This document shows, piece after piece, positions 10,836-20,806 of a stretch of 44,792 nucleotides of DNA (position 1 is its first letter; every line of letters begins with the position of its first letter). Location of the stretch: positions 85,919 to 130,710 of IMG/VR virus record IMGVR_UViG_3300008113_000307, one strand, 5' to 3'. The position numbers were made by a program, and so were the translations under genes. This DNA comes from a virus (lineage: Duplodnaviria; Heunggongvirae; Uroviricota; Caudoviricetes). Under the pieces are notes generated by a model. That model ran no database searches and was not told the DNA's origin. It saw only the letters and a list, made by a program, of their open reading frames with translations.

Positions 10836-13800
10836 TCAGCATTTTGTAATCTTGCAGTCCTTGATATGCCGTGCTAAGTTCATCAATAGAAGGCACAGCA
10901 GGTTCAATCACAGTGCCTGTGGTGTCTCGAATCCAATTTTGATATGCAGTATAGTAGGACTGAGTGACCACATACAGGTCAATAATGTTGGTGGTGCCTG
11001 GATCAATTCTGCTGCTGAGAGGACTGTTGTGACGGTACTGATAGTATAGGCTTTGTCGACCAGTTCTGGCAATCCAGCCAGGGGCTGCTACTAGTGTTCT
11101 AACTCCAGTAGTGTTAATGCTCAGCTCGTAGAACAATGCAGCATCGTATGCATAAAATATCTGCCCTGGTGACCATTCACTTTTGACCAATTCAATATCG
11201 TCTAGTGTGGCGTAGTCGCTGTTGACTCGCCCTGGTTCAGCCAACAAGTAACGTTGTAGGTTATCAAAATCCACAGTCTGTTCCAGGAATATCAACTTTT
11301 GAGTAGGGTCCACGTTAGGTGCCACAATCTCATCAAAGAAATCTGGGTTGTCAGGCACACCGTCATTGTCACTGTCCCGGAATCCCACCAAGACCTGGAA
11401 GTCATCTACATAGCCGTCGCTTTCTACTGGCTGGCCAGTAATGGTCACAGGAATGTCGCCAGGCAAGTTTTCAGTTGAATCGGGCTGAGTGTTCACCGCC
11501 AGCACGTTCACAAAGTCCTTGATCACAGTGCCTGTGCGACTGTCGTAGATCTGTTGGTCGTCAAAGAAGAAAAATCTTGTTTGCAGCACTGATCCAAAGT
11601 TGTAGGCCAGGCCACGGAAGCTGATGGTGTAGTTTTGATTTTCTGTCACAAACTGCACCATCCACGACGCATCGCTGTTGGTGCCTGCTGTGGATCCTGC
11701 GTTGGCAAGACTGAATGCAGCGTCTTGAGCCAGATTGGTACTGGTGATTAGATACCAAGTGTAGGGAGTACCTGTAATGTTGCCGTCGTTGTCGTAGCCA
11801 ATGCCAAAGTTACGATACAACAAAATTTGTTCGGCCATGGCCTGTTCTAGACTCAAGGGCAGGTCTGTAACAAACAGCGGAATAATAGTGTCCACTATTG
11901 CACCAGTGGGCACAAAGTTGTTGATGGTGATTGGTCCAGTTCCTGAACTTAGGTTGCCAACACCGCCGTTGTATCCGTCTAGAATGATCTGCTGTGGGCT
12001 GGCCCAGATTATAGTTCGCTCGTTGGCACGACCCGGGGTACCCGGCTGCAGTCGATTGTTGGCGTCAAAGTAATAGCCCGCTGGCGCAATAAATTTAATC
12101 AACGCATTGGGCACTATGTATTTGAATACTGTGCTGGTACTGCTGCCCACTGGAATTGGTGTTCCTGCAGCGTTTTTAAAATATCCAGTGGTTTCGTTGG
12201 CCAGGGTTGTGCTTTGTTGCCAAGTAGATCCAGCTGTGAGTCCAACATTGACCAACTCTCTCGGAAAGTTGGCATAGTAAAACTGCTGGATAGTGCTTTC
12301 AGTCAGCTGAGGTTGTACTTGATTGGTAATGGCGTCGGCAATTTCGTTGCGGTTTACCCAGCTGAACAAAATAGTAGGAACAATACTTTGTCGCCACAGG
12401 GCACCGTCACTGCCAAATGTGTTGGTACTGGAGTATTTGCCGGTGTTGTCCACTAGATCAAGATAGCGACTGGTACCAATGCTTGCACGATTCAAAGCCT
12501 TACTTTTTAAAATACTGTTGTACTGAGTGTAGGGAAACAGGTTGTAGTCTTCGCCGTTGACCATGCGGTTTTGTGTGTAGTAACGAGCAGGCGCACGTTG
12601 CTTGATGTCAGCAATATTTTCTCTGGCTTGACTGTTGCTTACAGGTTGTGTGATGCCACAGGTAAACGTGATAGTTTCAAGATTGCCATTGCGACTGATG
12701 TAACTGATGGGAATGGTCACTGCCTGCATCTCTTCAGGGTTGATGATATACTGCAGGCCGTTTGAGGCACGTACATAGGCTCTGAATGTGCCCACAGGAA
12801 TTTCTGAGAACACGCCATCGCCAAACACCATGGTAATCTGGTCATTGGTTCTGGAGTTGACTGTGTAAATGGAGCGCAGGCTGGTGCCCAATTGTTCAGC
12901 AGCAGCTGAGTAAATGTTTTCAGTGTATTCCCACTCTCGATTGATGTTGCCCACGTTGTCTAGCTGGAACAGCCAACGGTCTTCGTTGTTGACCCCCTCA
13001 ATGTTGATGTTTACTGTGCGATTGCTGATGCGCTCAGGCAAGTTAAAATCTTGGTTCTGCAGCACGCCTTGTTTGAACATAAAGAAGTATCCAGTATTGG
13101 CGCTTTGGAAGCCCAGGCTGTCGTTACGGAACAAGATGTTGAATGGCTGGTTGGATCTAGGACTAGGTTCATACAGGTAATCTTCGCCTACTGATGTAGA
13201 CGACATTGCTTCAAATGGCATGGTAACACCATCCACTGTGGCAGTGTAAGGCACAATTGGCAAAAATCCCTGTACTAGGTTAATGGCATACTCGTCTGTA
13301 CGTACACCCAAGATAGTGTTGCGGTTGCCCGGACGGCCCACACGCTGTGAATCTACCAAGGCTGCATTCAACACTGCAGTAAATTGCTCTTGCCAATCAG
13401 GATTGGTAGGATCGGCCCAGTTGATGGTGAAGTTAGAAAGGTTCACACCCTGATAATCGATCACGTTTTCTGTTGTGGTCACAGAAAACACTTTGAGCAG
13501 GCCCTGTGCCGCTGTGTTGCGTTTGGCAGTGTAGCTGACCAGATTAGCCAGACGTGTGACTGAGTCACGACGTTCTGCTGTATCCAAGTAGTTTTCACGT
13601 GTGTTGAGATCAGTACGAAAAGCCAGGGCTTGACCCATGAATGCAATCACATCCAGCAGCGCAATAAATTCACTGCTTTCAATGTAGTCATTGAATGTTT
13701 CAGGATAGTACAACCGCAAGTAATCTACAAAACTCTTGCGTAGGGTTTCAAAGTCGTAGCTTTGGAAGTCTGCTTCTCGGTAGGTTTGATAGATCTGTTT

Positions 13801-13848
13801 CCAGTCTTCAACGCCAAAAATTGCTGTTTGTCTTGTGGTTGTTGCCAT
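10807..13848 (-). CDS. gp6: Baseplate wedge protein, T4 gp6-like; last ~8 aa out of frame
   Basis: N-terminus DFQSYDFETLRKSFVDYLR...ESSEFIALLDVIAFMGQ...LDTAERRDSV, plus FGDGVFSEIP and RMVNGEDY motifs typical of gp6/baseplate J; next to a gp25-like gene. Confidence 0.85.
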   Translation of the reverse strand: MATTTRQTAIFGVEDWKQIYQTYREADFQSYDFETLRKSFVDYLRLYYPETFNDYIESSEFIALLDVIAFMGQALAFRTDLNTRENYLDTAERRDSVTRLANLVSYTAKRNTAAQGLLKVFSVTTTENVIDYQGVNLSNFTINWADPTNPDWQEQFTAVLNAALVDSQRVGRPGNRNTILGVRTDEYAINLVQGFLPIVPYTATVDGVTMPFEAMSSTSVGEDYLYEPSPRSNQPFNILFRNDSLGFQSANTGYFFMFKQGVLQNQDFNLPERISNRTVNINIEGVNNEDRWLFQLDNVGNINREWEYTENIYSAAAEQLGTSLRSIYTVNSRTNDQITMVFGDGVFSEIPVGTFRAYVRASNGLQYIINPEEMQAVTIPISYISRNGNLETITFTCGITQPVSNSQARENIADIKQRAPARYYTQNRMVNGEDYNLFPYTQYNSILKSKALNRASIGTSRYLDLVDNTGKYSSTNTFGSDGALWRQSIVPTILFSWVNRNEIADAITNQVQPQLTESTIQQFYYANFPRELVNVGLTAGSTWQQSTTLANETTGYFKNAAGTPIPVGSSTSTVFKYIVPNALIKFIAPAGYYFDANNRLQPGTPGRANERTIIWASPQQIILDGYNGGVGNLSSGTGPITINNFVPTGAIVDTIIPLFVTDLPLSLEQAMAEQILLYRNFGIGYDNDGNITGTPYTWYLITSTNLAQDAAFSLANAGSTAGTNSDASWMVQFVTENQNYTISFRGLAYNFGSVLQTRFFFFDDQQIYDSRTGTVIKDFVNVLAVNTQPDSTENLPGDIPVTITGQPVESDGYVDDFQVLVGFRDSDNDGVPDNPDFFDEIVAPNVDPTQKLIFLEQTVDFDNLQRYLLAEPGRVNSDYATLDDIELVKSEWSPGQIFYAYDAALFYELSINTTGVRTLVAAPGWIARTGRQSLYYQYRHNSPLSSRIDPGTTNIIDLYVVTQSYYTAYQNWIRDTTGTVIEPAVPSIDELSTAYQGLQDYKMLSNSCQQFDC

Positions 13849-13867
13849 TCTAGTAAGCCTCGTGTTT

Positions 13868-13896
13868 TATTTATCGAGACTAAAAACGGCTCAGTT
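13868..13896 (-). promoter_or_regulatory. Putative late promoter TAAATAA with upstream AACTGAGCCGTT element
   Basis: Minus strand AACTGAGCCGTT-N11-TAAATAA, 19 nt upstream of the gp6-like ATG. Core resembles the T4 gp55 promoter TATAAATA. Confidence 0.6.
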
Positions 13897-14272
13897 ATAC
13901 GTAGGTGGCGTTGCGCTGCTCAAGATCAAAAAAGATACTGAGTCGTTCAGCGTCAGTGCTGGGCACAACCTGAAGTTCAATTTGAATTAATATGCCATTA
14001 CCCTGGGGAAATACCTGTGTACTGTTGATGTAGATTCTAGGGTCGCCGCCGGCCACACGCTGGATTTCTTGTTCAATGTTTCGTGCTACAGCTTCCAGTT
14101 GCGGCTCAAACAAAAAGTCCCACAGCACTGTGCCGTATCCCGGTCGTCCAGGCAACTGACCCTGGCGTATGTTGAATGCATTCAAGAGGTCACGCTTGAT
14201 CAATTCAAATCCTGTGAGAGTGAATTTTTTGAACTGACCTTGTGTGTTAAATCCAATGAATGTTTGTGCCAT
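13895..14272 (-). CDS. gp25: Baseplate wedge subunit, gp25/GPW-like
   Basis: IKRDLLNAFNIRQGQLPGRPGYGTVLWDFLFEP...DPRI matches the gp25 family pattern; 125 aa. Confidence 0.85.
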   Translation of the reverse strand: MAQTFIGFNTQGQFKKFTLTGFELIKRDLLNAFNIRQGQLPGRPGYGTVLWDFLFEPQLEAVARNIEQEIQRVAGGDPRIYINSTQVFPQGNGILIQIELQVVPSTDAERLSIFFDLEQRNATYV

Positions 14273-14277
14273 ATGGT

Positions 14278-14283
14278 TATTTA
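14278..14283 (-). promoter_or_regulatory. Putative late promoter core TAAATA, overlapping the upstream stop
   Basis: TAAATA-ACCAT-ATG with no Shine-Dalgarno. Confidence 0.55.
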
Positions 14284-15783
14284 TTCGCCGCCGCCGTCCT
14301 CAATCTTCTTAGCCAATTCTTTTATCCGCGTGTTGAGCGCAACAGCGTTGGTAACCAATTCACGAGTTTCAGCCCCCAGGCGCTTGGCTGTTGCTGCAAA
14401 CGTTTGATTGATGTCTTTGGGTGCCGAATCAAACAATGTGTTGAACTGTCTAATCAATGGAAGAACTGTGGAGTTATACTTTTCTCTCACTTGCGATCGC
14501 TCGTTGCTCACAGCCTCCCACTCCTGAGCAGTGATGGTCTGTCGACTTTCGAGACTTGCAACGTTTCCAAGCAATCTTATGGCTGCTTGATTAGTAGTGG
14601 CTACGCCTTCAGTGATTTGTGTACTAAGGCTCTTCAATGTTGCAGTAGTTTCTTCATCTTGGCCAGGCACAGGCTCTGCTGGTCCGTAGTTGGGGGCAGG
14701 TATCTTGGGATTGCCTAGTACTCTGGTTATTGCAGCATTGACAGTGTCTCTGTTGACTGTGTTGGCAGTGGGAACCGGCACTGTTTCAGCTTTGAAAATT
14801 GGAGGTATTTTTGCTTGCAATGCTGCTGCCCAGCCACCAGCCTTGATGTTGCGTGTAAGCTCGTTGGCTAGATCCGCACCAATGCCCGGAAGGTTCTTGA
14901 GCAGGTCCACAGCAGCAAGAGGATCTTTGGCTGCGTTCACAATAGATCCTGCTGCACCTGCTGCACTCAACAGATCTGCAGGAATTCCAAATGCCTTGAG
15001 GGCATCAAGACCTTTTTTCATTAGATCTTGTTGTATCAGTCCTTGTTTCACAAGATTGTTCAAAATATCTTGCACTCCTGTGATTGCATCTTTGCCGGTA
15101 AATGCAGCTGGGCTTTGGAGCAGGTCTGTTATGGACGAAGCCCCGTCTGCTACAAATTTGGCCATGCCAGGCTTCAGGATACCGGCAGCTTCTAGTTGTG
15201 CCGGAGTCAGGCCAAATTCGCCCAGGCCTTTGGCATCAGTCACAATGGTTCCAGTCTGGTCCACCAGCTTTCGAACCTGTGCAAGCACTGCTGTGACATC
15301 AGGCACAGTCAAGGGACCAATCTGTGCTACCCCAGATATTTGCGTGGCAAAATCAGCAAAGTTTATCTCGTTGACCACTGGCGCATTGGCAAGAATTCCA
15401 TTTATTGTGTTGATGGCAGTGGCAGCGCCACCGGTCACAACAGAGGCCACACCTGATGCAGATACAGCAGCACCCACTGCACCTGTTAGTCCGCTGGCCA
15501 CATCAGCTAGACTACCGCCGAGTGCACCGCCTGCTGCACCCAGCGCACTTTGCAGTGCGTCGCCAACTCCGGATTGTGCCTGAGTCAGCAAAGCTTGTGC
15601 ACTGGCCAGGCCCTGTGCTGCCTGTGTGGCCGCGCTGAGGACCATGCCGGGCTTTAGTCCAACCAGGCTGCCTGTTTCGGCCTGTTTGTCAAACACCGCC
15701 TTGGCCTGCTCAAGGCTAAAGCCGGGTGGTGCTTTGACTTCAAACGGTTTGCCGTTGGGCAAAGTAAAGTTAAATGTTGCCAT
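14281..15783 (-). CDS. Tail-associated protein of unknown function, possibly with a degenerate lysozyme-like domain
   Basis: 500 aa ORF packed between the gp5-like and gp25-like genes. Ala/Gly-rich N-half, central GLGEFGLTPAQLEAAGILKPG...FTGKD segment, helical C-terminus. Confidence 0.7.
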   Translation of the reverse strand: MATFNFTLPNGKPFEVKAPPGFSLEQAKAVFDKQAETGSLVGLKPGMVLSAATQAAQGLASAQALLTQAQSGVGDALQSALGAAGGALGGSLADVASGLTGAVGAAVSASGVASVVTGGAATAINTINGILANAPVVNEINFADFATQISGVAQIGPLTVPDVTAVLAQVRKLVDQTGTIVTDAKGLGEFGLTPAQLEAAGILKPGMAKFVADGASSITDLLQSPAAFTGKDAITGVQDILNNLVKQGLIQQDLMKKGLDALKAFGIPADLLSAAGAAGSIVNAAKDPLAAVDLLKNLPGIGADLANELTRNIKAGGWAAALQAKIPPIFKAETVPVPTANTVNRDTVNAAITRVLGNPKIPAPNYGPAEPVPGQDEETTATLKSLSTQITEGVATTNQAAIRLLGNVASLESRQTITAQEWEAVSNERSQVREKYNSTVLPLIRQFNTLFDSAPKDINQTFAATAKRLGAETRELVTNAVALNTRIKELAKKIEDGGGE

Positions 15784-15784
15784 G

Positions 15785-17305
15785 TTATTTTGCTATAATT
15801 TCCACGCCAGGTGGCACAGGTTCGGCACCTGGAGGAGGCGTTGGAGGGCCTGCCTCAAATTCTGTTTCCACATCCACTCCCAGATTGTGATAGGGATAGG
15901 GTTCGTGACTGGTTACTCGACTGCAGACGCTTTCTAGGTTGGCAAAATCCACCTGCCATCCTTTGGAGGTACTGAATCTTGTGTCGTCGACCTTGGTTTT
16001 GACAATGGGGTTGGGCGCAGTTATTGTGGGTGCTGCAGGACCATTAAGATCAATCACATCGCTCTTGAGTTTTAGGCTTTGGCCACCTGCCCATGATCCA
16101 CCTTTGCTGTCCAAGGCAAGAGTACCGTCTGATTTGACCGCCACAGTTGTTTTGCTGTACAAGGTCAGATCTGTTTGCGACTGCATGACCAAAGTAGTGA
16201 CGCTTTCAATCTCCATGGCTTCTTTGCTTTTCATTTTGAGATTGCGGCCCGCATACATGTTGATGTCACGATCAGCATGCAAGTTGATGTCACCGTTGGT
16301 TCGCAGGTTGATACTGTTGGTACTGAACACATCCACTGTGCCTTCCACACCAAATTCCAGCCATGTTTGTCCGTTGGCATGAATGATGTAAAAGAAGTTG
16401 CCAGTATCACTCATGGTGATTTGATGGCCTTTGGTAGTCCTAAGTCGGATCATGGCGTTGTCGCCTTCCAGGTTGCCATCGTCCATGACCAAGCTGTGGC
16501 CGCCCACACGCCCAATTACCCGGGCTTCTTCGGGTTTGATTGATCCGTCGTTGAGTTTTTTGCGTATGTCATTGGGCTTCATTCCCCCCTGAAAAATTGG
16601 CAAGCCCGGTGTTGATATTCCAAAACAAGAACTGGGAGTCTCTCGCTGACTACTGGATGTAATAGTTCCGCGTTCGATGTCGTCAATCAGGCCCTGCTGG
16701 AACAGTCCTTGTGCGACATAACTGTGTACTGGCTTGATCTGATCGTAAAATCTTGGATCATTGTAGATGGCTTCATTGTTGATGTTGATTTCGGTCACAG
16801 GTAGTCTAGTGGCTTTGTCAAAATATGCCTGTTGATTTTTATTGTCTGATTCAAATCTAGTGCTAGACGCTGCACCAGCAGGAACTTGACTGCCCAGGCC
16901 ATCTTCGGGAATGACCCCAATGTAGTAGCCTTGGCTGCGGTCGCCGTTGAGAAAAACACACACCACTGTGACCCCGATATCAGGTGGCGTAAACCACATG
17001 CCGTAACTGTTGGCGTTGCCCGGATATTTGCCAATTTCGTTGTTGATACCGGTTGCAGTATTGATTGGAGTAGATCCAAAGAAAGAGGGCATGTAGCTCA
17101 CTGTGGTCCATTTGGATTCGTCTTGCATTGCCTCAGGACCACCATCAGCAAATGCTTCAATGAACACTCGTAGTCGTCCTGCACGAGTGGGATCCACTGT
17201 GCTCATGACCAAGCCTGTGAATGGGCCAAATTCAGCAGGAACGCCGCCACGATCCTGTTTGAAATTCTTTGGACGTCCTCTACTGCGCTGTACGTTTTCT
17301 GTCAT
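15785..17305 (-). CDS. gp5: Baseplate central spike, gp5/VgrG-like, with no lysozyme domain evident
   Basis: N-terminal OB-fold signature (VDPTRAGRLRVFI...YGMWFTPPDIGVTVVCVF), GHSLVMDD...IRLRTTKGHQITMSD, then beta-helix-like repeats. RBS AAGGA upstream. Confidence 0.85.
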   Translation of the reverse strand: MTENVQRSRGRPKNFKQDRGGVPAEFGPFTGLVMSTVDPTRAGRLRVFIEAFADGGPEAMQDESKWTTVSYMPSFFGSTPINTATGINNEIGKYPGNANSYGMWFTPPDIGVTVVCVFLNGDRSQGYYIGVIPEDGLGSQVPAGAASSTRFESDNKNQQAYFDKATRLPVTEININNEAIYNDPRFYDQIKPVHSYVAQGLFQQGLIDDIERGTITSSSQRETPSSCFGISTPGLPIFQGGMKPNDIRKKLNDGSIKPEEARVIGRVGGHSLVMDDGNLEGDNAMIRLRTTKGHQITMSDTGNFFYIIHANGQTWLEFGVEGTVDVFSTNSINLRTNGDINLHADRDINMYAGRNLKMKSKEAMEIESVTTLVMQSQTDLTLYSKTTVAVKSDGTLALDSKGGSWAGGQSLKLKSDVIDLNGPAAPTITAPNPIVKTKVDDTRFSTSKGWQVDFANLESVCSRVTSHEPYPYHNLGVDVETEFEAGPPTPPPGAEPVPPGVEIIAK

Positions 17306-17314
17306 TGTTGTTCC

Positions 17315-20300
17315 TTAACTTTCTTTGGCAATTTGTTGATTGGCAGGATTAGTAGGGCTGGTGGGACCGGTATTATCAGCAATCTTAGGAGGAGTTGATC
17401 CAACAGCAGTGGGTGGACCTATCACCGTGCCCGATGAGTCAGTTGCAGGAGGTGCAGCGCCTGCAGGAGTTTGTTGGTTGGTTCCTGATCCTGACACTCC
17501 AGTGTTGGCTAAATTTGGTGCAGTTGCTGCACCTGCTCCGCCTGTACTTACGCTTGGCTGCCGAACGGCGGCAGAATTTTGTGCTGCACCCAGAGTTGGG
17601 GCTGATCCTGCGTTGGCAAGTCGCTGTGTTTCTGCGGCACTTTGGTTTGATGAAGGGCTGCTTGATGCAGACGGTCTGGTGGTACCGGGTTGTATTACCT
17701 GAGCTTGACGCTGTGTTTCTGCAGGACTCTGATTGGGATCATTTGCGCCTGGTGCAGTGCTACTGGCCGCTGCAGCTGGATTGGCTGCATTGGTTTTGTT
17801 GGGAATTGTAAAATTATACAATGTACCTTCAAGAGTTTGTTCAAATCTTCCACTCTTGAATTCACTTAGTACTTTTGTGCACAGATACACTCGACTCTGC
17901 AGTGCTGTGCGATTGTTGTATTTTTTCTGTGTTTCGCTGTAGGGATCGGCCAGGCCGGTGCTGATGTCATAATCTTCGGGACGCTGCCAATTGATCTCAA
18001 ACAACACATCTTGGTTGTCAAATGCAATACTGCCATCAGGCATGAATCCTGTTTTAAGTGCTTCGCCACCAAACATTTCGTCAGTGACTGTTCTAAAATT
18101 ACTGCCTTGCATGATCCAGGCAGGATCGCCCACAATTTTTATTTTGGTTGTTGCCAAATCGGCAGGAGAATACAGCACTTCTGCTGCGTTGGCGCCAATC
18201 TCATTGACTTTGCCGTCGCTGCCTGCACTGGATTCAGTGCTGCGCGGAGCATAGTTGTAGGTAATAATATTGGCCAGGCTGGCAGTTTGTGCAGCAGCTA
18301 CCTTGCTGGCATTGCTGGCTTCTTTGTCACTGCCACTTAGAGTCACTTGATACAATGCGTTGAGAGTTTCTTGATATTCAAGCACAGCCGTGTTTTCACC
18401 TGTGAACCAGTAGGGATAACTTTTGTGCACACCAGTAAACTTGCTGATTGGAAAATATTTGCTGGTTACATTTTTTACTTCTCTAGCAGCAACACTGTAG
18501 ATAATACGATAGGCGCGATCATTTCGCTTGGGATCTAGTTCGCTGATGGGTTCAGACGTCATGGCAATGGTGTACCATTTCAGTGGTTTGTTTCGAGAAT
18601 TGGGATTGGCAGTTTGGCTTCCGTCGGGATTGATCACTACCAAGGCTTGGTCGCGAATATAACTGCTGTTACGTATGGTCAGGTCAATGGCCTGCAACAT
18701 TTGCTGACCAGCGGTGATGCTAAAACTCCTACTCACCATGTCCACAGATGTCTTGCCTTGGTCCAGCGACTTGGGATCATTTTTTCCTGCCGCAGTGAGA
18801 CGTTTGTCTACTTTGGCATTGGGCAATTGTAGCGTAGCATCTCGAATTTTGTCAGCGTCGGGTCCAACAAATCTGATCACATATTCGTCAGCATAGGTAT
18901 AGATTCCATCTTTGACTAACTTGGCCTGAAACTCGTTCATGGCCCCTGCAAGACCAGCAGTGATAGTGGTCTTGTTTGTTGGAGCGGCACTGGCTTTGGC
19001 CGGTGCGGGTGTGGATGCAGATGCCGGCTGTGATGCACCTGATCCTGCACTAGCAAGGCGTCGGTCTTCGGCTGAGCTTTGATTTGTGGATGCAGAAGTG
19101 GATGCAGATGGTGTGGTAGATGCTCCAGGTGCTGCTGCTGGTGCACCAGTACTTGAATATTTGGCTGCACTACCTAGCAATCCTCCCACTGTGCTGTCCA
19201 CCAACTGCACATCATAAGGAATGGTACCACGCGATGCATAACCTGCAATCTGTTGTCCAATAGGCACGCACTCCCAGTCATAGCTGACCAATTTGGATCC
19301 AACTCCCCATTTGATGTTAGATATCCTGAAAGGAATGAATTTTTCAATTATGGCAGCAGGATCGCTGGTGCCTTCTTGATCTGTCTTGCTGCGAACTTGT
19401 TCAAGTTTGCCTTCTGAATCATAACCGTAAAATCGCATGACCATGAGATAAGTGGCTGTTGCATAGTTGACTCTGCCGTCAGCTCCAGTTGGTGCTGAAT
19501 TGGCCACTGCATCATACAATCTGTCCAGCAAGGTAATGCCGTTGGGTTCGACCAGGGTAAATTTCATGGTAGAAACGTTGTGGGCCGCACCTGTGCCTTT
19601 ACCTGGCGGCAAAGTTTCAAAAGATATACTGTCGATGTAAAAATCGTTGTCAAAGAAAGGATTTCGGCCGCCGTCGGGTTGGGCAGCAGCTGACGTTCCG
19701 TCGCCATCTTGACCATCTATTCCTTGTCCGCCACCTGAACTTAGTCCCTGTGTTGGTGGTGGTCTGAGGCCACCCACGTTGTTGGCTGCTCCGCCGCTTT
19801 GAAACAACAATTGATAACCATCAATTTTTTTGTTAGCAGCGTTTAGTAATCGAACATACTGCTGCTCGGTCAATAGATATACAGATGCTGAATAACTGTA
19901 GCTAGCATAATTGTCCAGCACGTTGGGGCGTGGTTTAACGTTGGGCCCTACTGTGTCGTTGGCGTTGACTGCTGCTTGTGGTGCAGGGGTAGCTGCATCA
20001 TCTTTGGGTGCAGCCACACCTGGGTTGACTACTGCTGCGCCCGGTGTGGTCACAGCACCTATGCCCGTAGGCGGTGCGGCAACGGGTTTGCCGCTGTTGC
20101 TTTCTGTGGTTATGGCCTGTGTTTGTTCCGTTGTCTTGGGTGCAGCATCTGTTCCAGTTTCCACAGGCGGTGTGACTCGGCCATCAGTGCCTGGTGCAAC
20201 AGTTTGCGGAGGAACAGCATTGGGTCCTGCGGGTGCATCGTCCGAGACTGTTTGACCAGCAGTGGCCGGAGGTGCTGGTTGTGGGGCAGGTTCATTTGCT

Positions 20301-20503
20301 ACTGCGGCCTCTGCTGCAACTAATTCTGCTTGTAGTTCTGCAAGTCTCGCGGTTGCTCTGTTTAAATTAGTTTGGGCAGTACCACGCTGTAATGCTGTTA
20401 GATTAGGTTCTTGCAGTCGTTCCTGAAATGCACGGATATTTTCTTGAGTTTCCTCAATTTCGCTCCTCAAACGATTTACTTCAAGTTGTGCTGGTGTGGC
20501 CAT
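17315..20503 (-). CDS. Putative baseplate hub protein (gp27/gp44-like core) with long low-complexity extensions
   Basis: 1062 aa, between LysM and spike genes. Globular core RPNVLDNYASYSYS...FTLVEPNG...KIVGDPAWI...FEQTLEG flanked by P/A/T/S-rich segments. Confidence 0.65.
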   Translation of the reverse strand: MATPAQLEVNRLRSEIEETQENIRAFQERLQEPNLTALQRGTAQTNLNRATARLAELQAELVAAEAAVANEPAPQPAPPATAGQTVSDDAPAGPNAVPPQTVAPGTDGRVTPPVETGTDAAPKTTEQTQAITTESNSGKPVAAPPTGIGAVTTPGAAVVNPGVAAPKDDAATPAPQAAVNANDTVGPNVKPRPNVLDNYASYSYSASVYLLTEQQYVRLLNAANKKIDGYQLLFQSGGAANNVGGLRPPPTQGLSSGGGQGIDGQDGDGTSAAAQPDGGRNPFFDNDFYIDSISFETLPPGKGTGAAHNVSTMKFTLVEPNGITLLDRLYDAVANSAPTGADGRVNYATATYLMVMRFYGYDSEGKLEQVRSKTDQEGTSDPAAIIEKFIPFRISNIKWGVGSKLVSYDWECVPIGQQIAGYASRGTIPYDVQLVDSTVGGLLGSAAKYSSTGAPAAAPGASTTPSASTSASTNQSSAEDRRLASAGSGASQPASASTPAPAKASAAPTNKTTITAGLAGAMNEFQAKLVKDGIYTYADEYVIRFVGPDADKIRDATLQLPNAKVDKRLTAAGKNDPKSLDQGKTSVDMVSRSFSITAGQQMLQAIDLTIRNSSYIRDQALVVINPDGSQTANPNSRNKPLKWYTIAMTSEPISELDPKRNDRAYRIIYSVAAREVKNVTSKYFPISKFTGVHKSYPYWFTGENTAVLEYQETLNALYQVTLSGSDKEASNASKVAAAQTASLANIITYNYAPRSTESSAGSDGKVNEIGANAAEVLYSPADLATTKIKIVGDPAWIMQGSNFRTVTDEMFGGEALKTGFMPDGSIAFDNQDVLFEINWQRPEDYDISTGLADPYSETQKKYNNRTALQSRVYLCTKVLSEFKSGRFEQTLEGTLYNFTIPNKTNAANPAAAASSTAPGANDPNQSPAETQRQAQVIQPGTTRPSASSSPSSNQSAAETQRLANAGSAPTLGAAQNSAAVRQPSVSTGGAGAATAPNLANTGVSGSGTNQQTPAGAAPPATDSSGTVIGPPTAVGSTPPKIADNTGPTSPTNPANQQIAKES

Positions 20504-20506
20504 TGA

Positions 20507-20806
20507 TCAGTATCCCAGTGCTGTTTTTAAGGTAGCTACCTTGGGCAGAAATATTGTAGTGCCTGCTGCAAAATCCAGGGGTGGTGCTTGCAGTGTGTTG
20601 GGATTGCGTTGATAAAACACCCACCACAGTGCAGCAGTGCCGTACAGGTCAAATGCCAAGAGATCAGGCCTGTACTGATATGTGAGATTTATAACAAATG
20701 TTCGGTCGTCATCTTCTTTGGGTATGGGTCTGTTGACCATAACATCAAGAAAAAACTGACTGTAGCCTGTGTCGAAATACGGGCTTGTTGCATCATATTG
20801 TGGCAT
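20507..20806 (-). CDS. gp53: LysM-like baseplate wedge/tail protein (gp53/gpX-like)
   Basis: YRPDLLAFDLYGTAALWWVFYQRNPN...GTTIFLP motif; 99 aa. Confidence 0.8.
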   Translation of the reverse strand: MPQYDATSPYFDTGYSQFFLDVMVNRPIPKEDDDRTFVINLTYQYRPDLLAFDLYGTAALWWVFYQRNPNTLQAPPLDFAAGTTIFLPKVATLKTALGY

